A program made the position numbers and the translations under genes. 64,000 nucleotides of DNA from assembly GCA_963835575.1 (NCBI GenBank), contig CAWIGG010000002.1:352001-416000 (forward strand), written 5' to 3'. Source of the stretch: an uncultured Spirochaetota bacterium (GTDB lineage Bacteria; Spirochaetota; Brevinematia; Brevinematales; JAOACQ01). The notes below the pieces were generated by a model. The model saw only the letters and a list, made by a program, of their open reading frames with translations. It was not told where the DNA came from and did not search any database. Shown one piece after another: positions 1-9,809 of the stretch; positions within the stretch are counted from its first letter, which is position 1, and each line of letters starts with the position of its first letter.

Positions 1-857
1 TAAAGATGGCCAGGATTTACGGAAATAAAAAGAAGGCAGGCAAAAATAAGGTCCTGTCTGTCAAAGGTTCTTTTCATGGAAGGACAATCGCGACAATCAC
101 ATTGACAGGCCAGGAGAAATACAGGAAGGGCTTTGAGCCCCTTCTTCAGCAGATTGATTTTACCGGGCTGAACAATGTCCGGGAACTGGAAGAAAAAATG
201 GACGGGAATACTTGCGCGATTTTTTTGGAAGCGGTCCAGGGCGAAGGCGGCATATATCCTCTGACAGCGGAATTTGTTGAAAAAATAAAAGAGCTTTCAA
301 AAAAGCATGACGCGCTTGTCATTTTTGACGAAGTTCAAGCCGGGATGGGCCGGACGGGAAAATACTTCGGCTATCAGAATTTTGATATTGAGCCGGATAT
401 GATCACCATGGCCAAGGCGCTGGGGAACGGTTTTCCCATCGGGGCGGTCCTGGTCAGGAATAAGATTTCTGGTGAAATGGCGTCCGGGATGCATGCATCC
501 ACATTCGGCGGTAATTTTCTGGCATGCGCGGCGGGACTTGCTGTTATGGAAGAGCTCAATCAGGATTTGTTAAACCGCATTCAGGAGCTTTCGCGTTATT
601 TCAAGGAAAAACTGGAAGAGCTGAAAGCAGACTTTCCTAAGATCATAAAAGAGAACCGCGTTTTCGGACTGATGATCGGAGTTGATATAAACCAGGACTA
701 CGCGGTCAAGGATATCTTGCAGAAGTTTTTGGAATCGGGAATCCTTACTTTAAGGGCCGGCGAGAATGTGCTGAGGCTTATGCCGCCTTATACGATCCGG
801 AAAGCGGAGATTGATTACTTCTGCCGTAAATTTTATGAAATATTAAAGGGTCTTTAG
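1..857 (+). CDS. argD: acetylornithine/succinylornithine aminotransferase (class III PLP), 5'-truncated by window
   Basis: SFHGRT, EAVQGEGG, FDEVQAGMGRTG, MAKALGNG motifs; frame open to window start. Confidence 0.9.
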   Translation, partial: KMARIYGNKKKAGKNKVLSVKGSFHGRTIATITLTGQEKYRKGFEPLLQQIDFTGLNNVRELEEKMDGNTCAIFLEAVQGEGGIYPLTAEFVEKIKELSKKHDALVIFDEVQAGMGRTGKYFGYQNFDIEPDMITMAKALGNGFPIGAVLVRNKISGEMASGMHASTFGGNFLACAAGLAVMEELNQDLLNRIQELSRYFKEKLEELKADFPKIIKENRVFGLMIGVDINQDYAVKDILQKFLESGILTLRAGENVLRLMPPYTIRKAEIDYFCRKFYEILKGL

Positions 858-892
858 AATAATAAAGGCTAGTCGTTAAAAAGGGGTTTTAT

Positions 893-1699
893 ATGAAAAT
901 AGGGATAATCGGCTGCGGAAATATGGGCAGCGCTTTGATCGCGGGAATATTAAGGGAAAAATTGTATGAAGTATATGTCTATGATATTGATGAGGTGAAA
1001 ATAAAGCAGGCTTTGAGCCGATGGAATATAAAAAAAGCCGCCGGCCTCCGGGATATTGCCGACAAATGCGGGATTATCATCCTGGCCGTCAAGCCGCAGG
1101 ATGTGGAACCTGTGTTAAAGGAAATAAAAACAAAATTTGACGCAGGCGGCAGGATACTTATTTCCATAGCCGCCGGAATAAAAACAAATCTTATCAGAAA
1201 ATATCTGAAAAAAGCGCTGATAGCGAGGGTTATGCCCAATACGCCGGCGCTTGTGGGCGAAGGAGTTTCGGGTATTTATTTTGACGGGAAATTCGACGAA
1301 AGCAAGCAGAACCTGGTTCTGAATATTTTTTATACAATCGGCATTGCGGAAGTGGTCAAAAAGGAAGAACAGCTGGACGCGGTTACAGGCCTTTCGGGCT
1401 CAGGACCGGCATATGTTTTCGCTTTTATCAACGCGCTGGCTGACGCCGGCGTAATGGAAGGCCTTCCGAGGGATGTCGCCAAGCGTCTGGCCGTTTATAC
1501 GGTCGGCGGCTCCGCGGTGCTGGCGGCGGAATCCCTTGAAGCCGGGATCCATTTTGAGGAATTGAAGGACAGGGTGACATCGCCCGGCGGAACAACCGCC
1601 GAGGGGCTTCTGGCGCTGGAAGAAGGTGCGTTCCGCGCGTCTGTGCTGAAGGCTGTCAGAGCGGCGGCAAAACGATCGAAGGAATTAGGAGAAAAATAA
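893..1699 (+). CDS. proC: pyrroline-5-carboxylate reductase
   Basis: IGCGNMG, AVKPQ, RVMPNTP, SGSGPAY, VTSPGGTT motifs. Confidence 0.97.
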   Translation: MKIGIIGCGNMGSALIAGILREKLYEVYVYDIDEVKIKQALSRWNIKKAAGLRDIADKCGIIILAVKPQDVEPVLKEIKTKFDAGGRILISIAAGIKTNLIRKYLKKALIARVMPNTPALVGEGVSGIYFDGKFDESKQNLVLNIFYTIGIAEVVKKEEQLDAVTGLSGSGPAYVFAFINALADAGVMEGLPRDVAKRLAVYTVGGSAVLAAESLEAGIHFEELKDRVTSPGGTTAEGLLALEEGAFRASVLKAVRAAAKRSKELGEK

Positions 1700-1971
1700 T
1701 GCTGCATACCATATTACAGACCATATATATTCTACTGCAGGTGTACTGGTATATCTATCTTGCTTATATTTTACTGAGTTATTTTAATCTCAGCGAGGAT
1801 AATATACTGGTCAGGATCGTGAAAGGAATGTGCGAACCGCTCTACCGGTTTTTTATGCGCATCCTTCCGCCTATTCATATAGGAATGATCGATCTTTCCC
1901 CGCTTTATGTCTTTGCCTTTCTTCAGATACTTCAGATCATCCTTCAGAGGCTGATACAGATGTACCCATGA
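1699..1971 (+). CDS. yggT: YggT family membrane protein
   Basis: Hydrophobic 90 aa, EP..R..LP..GMIDLSP motif, follows proC. Confidence 0.85.
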   Translation: MLHTILQTIYILLQVYWYIYLAYILLSYFNLSEDNILVRIVKGMCEPLYRFFMRILPPIHIGMIDLSPLYVFAFLQILQIILQRLIQMYP

Positions 1972-2005
1972 CCGGCATGGATGTATTTTTATTCAGGATT
2001 GTTGA

Positions 2006-2290
2006 ATGATCACTCAAAAAGACGGCTATATACTCTTTGACATCAGGATTGTTCCGCGGAGCTCAATAAACAAACTCGAGAAGAACGGGGAAAACCTCCG
2101 TTTAAAGATCACATCGGCCCCTGTGGAAGGCGAAGCCAATAAGGCGCTCATCTTGTTTTTATCCCGGTTTCTATCTCTACCGCAAAAAAGCATTTCAATT
2201 GAGAGAGGGCTGTCATCCCGGAATAAGCTCATAAGGGCGGACGGCATTACAAAAGAACAGTTTATTTCAATCACTATGATAGAAAAATAA
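2006..2290 (+). CDS. yggU: DUF167 (YggU) family protein
   Basis: V.PRS, APVEGEANKALI.FL, G.SSR.K motifs; proC-yggT-yggU synteny. Confidence 0.85.
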   Translation: MITQKDGYILFDIRIVPRSSINKLEKNGENLRLKITSAPVEGEANKALILFLSRFLSLPQKSISIERGLSSRNKLIRADGITKEQFISITMIEK

Positions 2291-2359
2291 TACATTTATA
2301 AATAAATAAAATTGACAAAATGCCGAGAATAAGAACAGCAGTATTTTCGGAGAATTTTA

Positions 2360-3136
2360 ATGAAAATAGAAAAGGGGAAAAACATCGAATTAAGCGATTT
2401 TGAGATAATCGCGCTTAAAATTTTATCCCGTCTGGCTTTTAATGATAATATTGACGAGGAAGTGATAGAGCTTTTGCGTGAAATGCAGATGGAGCATTAT
2501 ACACTGCTTAAAAAATACGAAGTCCTGGGAGAAAGGGTCAATGTCGATAATAAAACTTCGTTATTGAAATATAATGAAAGTTTACTGGTGAATATTGTCA
2601 AGGCCATATCCAGGTACTGGCACACGAGCAAAGAATCAAATCTGCTTCCCATCTCCTATCTCAGGATCGACCTGGATGATTTCAGTAAAGTGAATAACAG
2701 CTACGGCCATGCGGTCGGAGATAAGGTGCTTGTGGCTGTCGCCAGGGCAATGAAAAAGGTTTCACGCCCGACGGATTACCTCTTCCGTTTCGGCGGGGAG
2801 GAATTTGATATCGTTCTGCCTGTAACAAATATTGATGGGGCTTCAAATTATGCCGCTAAACTGATCATGGGCATAAGAAAAATCCGGATCCCTCTCAGCT
2901 CGAGAAAAACAGTTAAAATAACGGCCAGCATCGGTATTTCAACGTTTGAATTTAGTTTTACCAAACAATCACCGCTTTTCTCGAGAGAAATTATGAAACA
3001 ATATCACACGGTCCAGAAACATGCCGACTGGGCCTGCTACGATGCCAAATTAAAAGGCAAAGACCAGTACTGTGTTTATCAGGAAGGCATCAATTACGAA
3101 AAGATCATGAAAACCTACAGCAAAAACCACCACTAA
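2360..3136 (+). CDS. diguanylate cyclase (GGDEF domain)
   Basis: DLDDFSKVNNSYGHAVGD, RPTD I-site, GGEEF active site. Confidence 0.9.
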   Translation: MKIEKGKNIELSDFEIIALKILSRLAFNDNIDEEVIELLREMQMEHYTLLKKYEVLGERVNVDNKTSLLKYNESLLVNIVKAISRYWHTSKESNLLPISYLRIDLDDFSKVNNSYGHAVGDKVLVAVARAMKKVSRPTDYLFRFGGEEFDIVLPVTNIDGASNYAAKLIMGIRKIRIPLSSRKTVKITASIGISTFEFSFTKQSPLFSREIMKQYHTVQKHADWACYDAKLKGKDQYCVYQEGINYEKIMKTYSKNHH

Positions 3137-3170
3137 GCGCAGATATAAAACTTGTGGTGTGGTTCGACAG

Positions 3171-3269
3171 CAGACTGTGTGAAAACTATTTTTCGCTACG
3201 TATTTATTGAAGTTACGGAACGAAAAATATAGAATTACGATGCAAAACACCGACTTTTCACACAGTCTG
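3171..3269. mobile_element. 99-bp MITE-like element
   Basis: Perfect terminal IR cagactgtgtgaaaa / ttttcacacagtctg; 3-bp direct repeat cag at 3168-3170 and 3270-3272. Confidence 0.7.
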
Positions 3270-3321
3270 CAGGCTCACCAACCAAGTTTATCGGACCAAC
3301 CAACAAAAAAAATTAAGGAGT

Positions 3322-3352
3322 CAGTACCAAAAACTATTAGTTTTTGGTACTG
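3322..3352. terminator. perfect 15-bp inverted repeat between convergent genes (possible bidirectional terminator)
   Basis: cagtaccaaaaacta-t-tagtttttggtactg. Confidence 0.45.
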
Positions 3353-3377
3353 CTTTATTATTTTCAAAGTATAAGAT

Positions 3378-4646
3378 TTAATCCTCACTCATCCTTTTTG
3401 TAAACAAAAGAAAGAGCGCCGGAATTGCGGAAAGCATCGAAAGCAGTAATCCCGCGGAGATGATTAATTGGAGAGGCGTTTTGTCAGCCGCTATGATTAT
3501 TTCAAAACCCTGAATTTTAACCGCGGAAAAATAAGATGTGAAAACATACCGCATTAATGCAAATCCGGCCAGGCTTCCCGCCGATCCGATAAGAGCGTAT
3601 TTAATTAAAAGGGTCAGGGTGATGAAAAGACGCGAGGCGCCCAGTATCCTGAGTATCCGGTAGTATTCCAGCCTCTGGAACGCAGCGATCATGACGGAAA
3701 AAGAGACGCAGAGCACAGCGAGAAGAAGAATGATATTCATCATTAATCCCAATGCCATGTTGACATTGGTTTTTAATGAAAGCATTTCTTCCGAGAGGGT
3801 TTTATTGATCTCGGTAATATAACCCATTTTCCGTATCTGTTTTTCAACGGAAAGAAGCGAAGGGTGGTCGGCGACCTGTATATAGGCGGACATAAACTCC
3901 CTGTCGGAATCATGGCCCTTGTATTTTTTATTATAATACTGGACCGCCTTCATGGGTATGACAAGGCAGATGCTTTTTATTTTATCGGTAAAGCCGAGCA
4001 CGAGCGAATTCTCGGTCGCGAAACCCTCCACCGCTTTTATGGAAGACCTGCCGAAGAGAATCTGGAGCGGCCTTCCGACCGCCATATCCTGAGTGATCCT
4101 GGGCAGGCCGTTCGGCTCCGCCATACTGTTATTATACGCTTCGAGAAAAATTTGCGGGATCAGAACAGGCAGGACGCGGCCCGGCTTCCAGTTCTTCCAT
4201 GTTAATTTGTCCTGAGCGCTTTTAAATTCTCCTGATAGGAAATCCGAAGGCGCGCCGATGCAGATCAGGTCCGTCCTGTAGTTCAGACCGAAAATGGAAA
4301 TGACTGCCTGCATCGGGATCTGCGACGCAATGAGCGGGTAGGCCGTCTTGACGCCTTTAAAGGCCCTGATTTTTCTGAGAGATTCCTCGTTTAATGTTGA
4401 AGAAGCCGGATTCCTGAGCGTGAAGTTAAAAAGCCCGAGGCGCGGCGCCGGACGGGGGCTGACTTTTATCATATCGGGCGGGATGGACGCCTCAAATTTT
4501 TTCAGGATGGAGTTTTCAATGCTCCGCTCGATGGTAAGAAAAGAACTGATGGAAAAAGCGGCGGCGGTTATTGCCGTAAAGACAATAAGTGTGATAAAAA
4601 GGCCGCTCAGGATTTCCCTCAGCATGAGGTAGAGCTTCTGCATCAT
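3378..4646 (-). CDS. ABC transporter permease (FtsX/MacB-like)
   Basis: N-terminal TM, large periplasmic loop, C-terminal TMs with R..EY.ILRILGAS; overlaps ABC ATPase. Confidence 0.8.
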   Translation of the reverse strand: MMQKLYLMLREILSGLFITLIVFTAITAAAFSISSFLTIERSIENSILKKFEASIPPDMIKVSPRPAPRLGLFNFTLRNPASSTLNEESLRKIRAFKGVKTAYPLIASQIPMQAVISIFGLNYRTDLICIGAPSDFLSGEFKSAQDKLTWKNWKPGRVLPVLIPQIFLEAYNNSMAEPNGLPRITQDMAVGRPLQILFGRSSIKAVEGFATENSLVLGFTDKIKSICLVIPMKAVQYYNKKYKGHDSDREFMSAYIQVADHPSLLSVEKQIRKMGYITEINKTLSEEMLSLKTNVNMALGLMMNIILLLAVLCVSFSVMIAAFQRLEYYRILRILGASRLFITLTLLIKYALIGSAGSLAGFALMRYVFTSYFSAVKIQGFEIIIAADKTPLQLIISAGLLLSMLSAIPALFLLFTKRMSED

Positions 4647-5311
4647 TTTTTTGCCTCTAATTTTCCCGCTTTCAGCGTGTAGATTTTTTTCGAATGTTTG
4701 AACATATATTCATTATGAGTAACTATCAGCACGGCTTTTCCTTCTTTAGCCAGACGGATCAGGAGCTGATTTATTTCGCCGGCTGTTTTATTATCCAAGT
4801 TCGCCGTCGGTTCGTCAGCGAGTATCAGGTCCGGACCATTCACCAGCGCCCTGGCCAGCGCCGTACGCTGTTTCTGGCCGCCGGAAAGGAGGGCCGCCTT
4901 CATGTTTTTAAATTCCCAGATCTGCAGTTTCTTCATCAGTTCTTCCGCTTCTACGCGTGTCCGGTGTCCGGCGTTTCCCCTGATGCGGGCTGGAAGAAGC
5001 ACATTGGACCAGACTGTTTCCTGGGGAAGCAGCCGGAATGTCTGAAAAACAAAACCGATCTTTCTGTTGCGGAGGCGCGAGGGCAGAATATCCAGGAAAT
5101 AATTCATTTTTTTATTGTTAAAAAAGACAGAACCGCCCGACGGCCTTGTAATGCCGGCAATGACATTGAGAAGGGTTGTTTTGCCGGAGCCTGATTTCCC
5201 GGTTATTGAGATAATCTCGCCCGGGTTTATCTCGAGGGATATTTTATCCAGGATTATTTTTCTCATCCCGGCAATTTTATAATGCTTGGATACTTTCTCT
5301 AATTTGAGCAT
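4643..5311 (-). CDS. ABC transporter ATP-binding protein (LolD/MacB-like)
   Basis: GKSGSGKTT, LSGGQKQR, LADEPTANLD; start taken at MLKLEKV. Confidence 0.93.
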   Translation of the reverse strand: MLKLEKVSKHYKIAGMRKIILDKISLEINPGEIISITGKSGSGKTTLLNVIAGITRPSGGSVFFNNKKMNYFLDILPSRLRNRKIGFVFQTFRLLPQETVWSNVLLPARIRGNAGHRTRVEAEELMKKLQIWEFKNMKAALLSGGQKQRTALARALVNGPDLILADEPTANLDNKTAGEINQLLIRLAKEGKAVLIVTHNEYMFKHSKKIYTLKAGKLEAKK

Positions 5312-5328
5312 CTGTTTATCCCCGCCTT

Positions 5329-6036
5329 TCATAATGCGCTTGTCACAATCTTTGAAATATTTTCCGGCAGATCTTTCTTTTTCTCCTCTGACAGAGCCGT
5401 CACATTGATCACAGGATGGATTGTCAGAAGAACACGGCCGGGATGAACTTTCTTTTTTTCCTCATAGATTTTGTAAGAGTCTTTTATTGATATAGGCAGT
5501 ATGGGCGTGCCGGACAGAGTGGCAAGCTTGAAGCTGCCGCCTTTAAAACGTCCCATCTGCGCGCTTCTGCTTCTTGTGCCTTCCGGGAATATTATCAGCG
5601 AATTGCCCTGCTTGAGGCTCTGTATTCCGTCTTCTATTGTCTGGTAGGAATCGCGCAAACTTTTCCGGTTAATGAAAATGCAGTGAAGGCGCTTCATCCA
5701 CCCGTTCAATATGGGTATCTTCGAAAGTTCTTTTTTCGCGATAAAGCCGGCTAATTTAGGAACATAGCCCTGTATTATCAAAATATCAAAGTAGCTCTGA
5801 TGATTGCCGACAATGACAACAGGACCTTGCGGAACATTTTCCAGGCCCCTGACTTCAATTCTGGAAAGAGTTCCGAAAATTGCTGTTTTTGCCCAGAAAG
5901 AAACATAATTCTGAAGAAAAGCTTTCCATGCTTTCGTGTTTCCGAAAAGCCGGATGATATAAAACGGGGTTAATAATATAAATGATAGTAAAAAAGTAAG
6001 AGCGATATATACATAGTAAAATAACGTAAACAGCAA
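5329..6036 (-). CDS. plsC: 1-acyl-sn-glycerol-3-phosphate acyltransferase
   Basis: NHQSYFD and FPEGTRS motifs. Confidence 0.9.
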   Translation of the reverse strand: MLFTLFYYVYIALTFLLSFILLTPFYIIRLFGNTKAWKAFLQNYVSFWAKTAIFGTLSRIEVRGLENVPQGPVVIVGNHQSYFDILIIQGYVPKLAGFIAKKELSKIPILNGWMKRLHCIFINRKSLRDSYQTIEDGIQSLKQGNSLIIFPEGTRSRSAQMGRFKGGSFKLATLSGTPILPISIKDSYKIYEEKKKVHPGRVLLTIHPVINVTALSEEKKKDLPENISKIVTSAL

Positions 6037-6052
6037 TCACGGCCTCCGCAAT

Positions 6053-6835
6053 CTATTTCTCGATTTTTTCAAGTTCTTTCTGCTTATCTTTGGCCAGGTC
6101 TGTTTTATAAAAATCGCTTTCTTCAGGCAGCACAAGATATGATTTTGATGTATAATCCAGAAGGACATTGCCGCCTGTCAATACGCAGTCGAGCAGATGG
6201 CCCCCCGCCTTATGGTCCGCGGATAAAAAATGTAAATGAAAGCCGGTCATATTTATGCCTTTTAAATAATCCGGGAGCCAGTATCCGATGATTGTGCCTT
6301 TCATATTATTCAATTCAAATACAGGCTGGTTTTTTACCACCTCAGCTAGACGAGGGTAGGGCTTATTCTGTCTCGGGACGCTCCGTACTTTTATGTATTT
6401 AAAATTCCCCTCGACTTTGACGGCATACATGATATTTTTAGTAGGCAGAAGGCTTTCAATAAACTCCTGCAGTTTTTTTAAATCCATTTCCTGCGCGATG
6501 GGAGCTTTTTTATCGATATCAAAAAAAGTGACCGCGGCGAAAGGGCTTTTAATGGAACCGGCGGGCTGATAGACATGTCCGTCGGACTTTACCTGATAGA
6601 ACCGGCCGTCAAGATAGAGCATTTCGCCGTCAAGCCCCTCGAACGTGCCGATCCCGAAATCGCCGTAATTCGTGAGTTCGTCCAGAGTGATAACGCCGTC
6701 ATAAACGCCTTCCTGAAGCGCGCTCAGGGTGGAAATTTGAAAGAGCGTATCCCGGTCAAAGGAATAAGACGCGGCGGATAAAATAAAAAATATAACCAGT
6801 AATAAAAATATTCTTAATAAAAAACCATTTTTCAT
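6053..6835 (-). CDS. budA: alpha-acetolactate decarboxylase with N-terminal signal peptide
   Basis: LFQISTLSAL, GDFGIGTF..LDGEM, GFHLHFLS..HKAGGH; start at MKNGFLL. Confidence 0.9.
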   Translation of the reverse strand: MKNGFLLRIFLLLVIFFILSAASYSFDRDTLFQISTLSALQEGVYDGVITLDELTNYGDFGIGTFEGLDGEMLYLDGRFYQVKSDGHVYQPAGSIKSPFAAVTFFDIDKKAPIAQEMDLKKLQEFIESLLPTKNIMYAVKVEGNFKYIKVRSVPRQNKPYPRLAEVVKNQPVFELNNMKGTIIGYWLPDYLKGINMTGFHLHFLSADHKAGGHLLDCVLTGGNVLLDYTSKSYLVLPEESDFYKTDLAKDKQKELEKIEK

Positions 6836-7009
6836 AACCTGTACCTTCTTACAAAAATAATTTCCTTCTGCCTGTTCTACCTGTCGTTTAAACCCGGACT
6901 TCCGGCTGTTGTCTAATGAATGTTGATAGCCGGCTGTTTTTATCCTACTTTCCGGCAGTAAATTTTGCAAATTTTAGCGGGGTTGTTTCTCAAACCGGAT
7001 TAATCCCTT

Positions 7010-8167
7010 TTAAGCCCTCTTTTCTTTCAAGTCCTTTGAAAACAATATCCGGAAACAGAGAAGCGCGAGCAGAATATTGACAATGAAACAGAAAGTAAAG
7101 CTTCCCCGCAGTGTAAAACGGTCGGCTATTGCCGCGATGATCATCGGGAAGGCCAGAGACCCGGCCCCGCCGCCTGCCGTCACATAGCCTATGGCCGCGG
7201 GGCTTTTGAAAACACGGCCGGCCAGGACAACAACAAGCGGATATACTCCTGAAAATCCCAAACCGATCAAAAAGACAAAAAAAGCTGATAAAGCCATATT
7301 CGGGGAAAGAATAAGGGCCAGAAATCCGATGCAGGACGCAACGGTCAGGATAAAAACAAGCCGCTCCGGGCGGGAGCTTTTATAAAAAAGAAAGATGGAA
7401 AACCTTCCGGCGAGAATGCCGGCCCAGAATAACGATATGATGAATGACGCTTTTTCAATCGGGGCTTTGTATGTGCTTACAAAATACTCGGAAGCCCAGT
7501 TTGATACGCTGAGCTCTATTCCCACATAAAGGAAAAGCACAATAAAAAAAACAACCAGGATGAGTTTAAATAAATTCGCCTGTTTTCCCGGCGATTTTTC
7601 AGAGCTTTCCTCTCTGTCGCTGAAATGAAAAAATGAAAAAACCGCGGCCATAATGGTCAGCAGTACAGTGAAGACCGGGAAAAGACCTTTCCAGTCCAGC
7701 CCGATTGCGCCGAGATTGGCGAACCCGATGGGCGCCAGTATGGCGCCGACACAGAAGAAGGCATGGAGAAGATTGACAAGCCGGCTGTCATCTTTTTGTC
7801 CGCCCAGACGGAACACCTCAAAATTTACGATAACCTCGGAGCCTCCCTGCCCGAATCCTATGATAAAAGAGAGGATATAATTGAAAAGGAGGCCGGGAAC
7901 TTTTGCGAAAAAGAAATAAGCGGCTGCCGAAATGAGAAGGGTTATTATGATCGTTTTTTTCATCCCCAGGGATTTAATGATCAAACCGCTCACGAATGAG
8001 AAGGTTAGAAATCCTATTGAGGCTGACAAAAGCAGACCGCCGGCCATTGTGTAATTCCAGTTGAAAGAACGGATGATTTCAGGCAGCGCGGCCCCGAAAA
8101 CCGTCAGCGTCATTCCATACAGAAGGAAATTAATAAAGAGAGCGGATAAAAACGGCTTTTTATTCAT
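7010..8167 (-). CDS. MFS transporter (FucP/TsgA-like)
   Basis: ~12 hydrophobic segments, NLLHAFF.VGAILAP, LYVGIE...NW; start at MNKKPF. Confidence 0.85.
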   Translation of the reverse strand: MNKKPFLSALFINFLLYGMTLTVFGAALPEIIRSFNWNYTMAGGLLLSASIGFLTFSFVSGLIIKSLGMKKTIIITLLISAAAYFFFAKVPGLLFNYILSFIIGFGQGGSEVIVNFEVFRLGGQKDDSRLVNLLHAFFCVGAILAPIGFANLGAIGLDWKGLFPVFTVLLTIMAAVFSFFHFSDREESSEKSPGKQANLFKLILVVFFIVLFLYVGIELSVSNWASEYFVSTYKAPIEKASFIISLFWAGILAGRFSIFLFYKSSRPERLVFILTVASCIGFLALILSPNMALSAFFVFLIGLGFSGVYPLVVVLAGRVFKSPAAIGYVTAGGGAGSLAFPMIIAAIADRFTLRGSFTFCFIVNILLALLCFRILFSKDLKEKRA

Positions 8168-8282
8168 CAATACTCCCGAACATGAAATAAAACAGATTGT
8201 TATTATAAAGAAGTGAGAATAAATAAGCAAAATAAGGTTTTTAATCAAACGTGCCCTTGACCCGGTCGATGCAGTGAGCCCA

Positions 8283-8592
8283 AACCACAAAGTCTCAAAA
8301 AGCACTAAATGAATGGGTTTGCTTTCCCGCGAATCACGCGAATTATACGAATCGGGAAATTATTCACAACAAAGATTCACTAACTATGGATTTTTAAGTT
8401 TATTTAGTTGCTTTTTAATCTTATAATAGCTATCTATTAAAATATGGACTGTATTTAAAATATTGAAGACTGAAGATCTAAAAACACCCAAATAATTCCC
8501 CAACAATTCTTTGTGGTTCTTGGTGTCCTTTGTGTCCTTGGTGGTGAATATATTGCTTTTCATTATTTGCATCTATTAGCGTTATTAGCGGG
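8283..8592. repeat. nested inverted pairs of 9-10-bp-period triad repeats
   Basis: cccgcgaat-cacgcgaat-tatacgaat (8326-8352) vs atttgcatctattagcgttattagcggg (8565-8592); ctttgtggttcttggtgtcctttgtgtccttggtggtgaa (8509-8548) vs accacaaag-type units at 8283-8310/8363. Confidence 0.65.
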
Positions 8593-8698
8593 CTTTTATT
8601 TAATTCTTTTCCGTATGCATTAGCGGATTATCCGGCTGCGCAATTCACACCAAATAAAAATATATATTTTTATTGATTGAATAGTACTATACAACTCT

Positions 8699-9763
8699 TT
8701 AATCCGGATGAATTTTGTCAAAATATTTAAGGACAAGGGGCGCTCTGGACAGTACTTCTGCGTTTTTCATCGGTTCATAATAGAATATAACCGAATGATT
8801 GCTTATGACGGTGATGCTGTACTTAATATTCAGTCTTTTTACAAGATAATAATCCGCCATATATTCGGCAAAGTCCTCAACAAGGCTTTGAGCGCCGTAA
8901 AGGCTGGCAAAGGGTTTATTAGAAAAGTCCGAATAAACTTTCAGGGATTCGGATATATTGATCAGCGGCCCTTTTTTAAAGCCGTAAAACGAGATATTGT
9001 CCCTTAAATAAAAATCATCATTAGTATACGGTTTATTGAACTTCAGCCAGACAGAAGCGGTGAATTTGTTTGTAATGTAGTTACTTTCCCGTATTTCCAA
9101 TGATACTTTTAGCTTTGGAAGGTAAAGCATTTCGGCTTTTATGTGATACAGGGCATATGTGGTATCGTCCATAAAGGGGGATATCCGGACGGCATAGTCC
9201 AGAACATGGGCCGTTTCATGGAGGAGAAGCTTTAAAAAAGCGCTTTGTTTTGTGCCATAATCGACCTGAACACTGATATCGGCATTAGTCTTAATAAAGC
9301 ATGTGTTCTCGATTGTTGTTGCCCAGGCGCTCATATCATGCCTGAGAAGCTCCGTATTGAAAAACATGATGCAGTAAAGCCGGCCGTTATCATAGACCCA
9401 ATCTGTCATGCCGGAGGATTTGAATTTATTGATAAAATAAATCCCGAGCACCCGTTTCTGTAAAAATTCCCTGAATGAGTCCGGCAAAAGCTTAACCGCA
9501 TCATTGATGATTTTCATCTCGTTTGTTGAAGGCAGATAAGGTTCACAGACTGTATTATCGCCCCTGTTCAGATCGTTCAGGACAAAATCCGGGGGCAATT
9601 GGACCCTTGAAAGGATGGATGACCCGGCGTCAAATTGATAATTGGAATACTGCTTTGCTCTGTCCTGAAGGATTAATTTAAGGTACTCTTCCGGCTTACT
9701 TTCCGAGCAGGATAATGCAATAATAAAAAATAGTAATAAAAATATCGTGTTGTTTCTTATCAT
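8699..9763 (-). CDS. predicted lipoprotein with HEXXH zinc-metallopeptidase-like motif
   Basis: Lipobox-like IALSC; LLHETAH; downstream YGAQSLVEDFAE. Confidence 0.65.
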   Translation of the reverse strand: MIRNNTIFLLLFFIIALSCSESKPEEYLKLILQDRAKQYSNYQFDAGSSILSRVQLPPDFVLNDLNRGDNTVCEPYLPSTNEMKIINDAVKLLPDSFREFLQKRVLGIYFINKFKSSGMTDWVYDNGRLYCIMFFNTELLRHDMSAWATTIENTCFIKTNADISVQVDYGTKQSAFLKLLLHETAHVLDYAVRISPFMDDTTYALYHIKAEMLYLPKLKVSLEIRESNYITNKFTASVWLKFNKPYTNDDFYLRDNISFYGFKKGPLINISESLKVYSDFSNKPFASLYGAQSLVEDFAEYMADYYLVKRLNIKYSITVISNHSVIFYYEPMKNAEVLSRAPLVLKYFDKIHPD

Positions 9764-9809
9764 AATCTTTACCCCGGCTGTTATTTTATCCTCCGCCGGC
9801 TATATGGTT

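Noticed and set aside
8384..8572. 62-aa ORF containing TTKDTKDTK
   Set aside because: Periodic peptide is simply the translation of the 9-bp triad repeat; no other coding evidence
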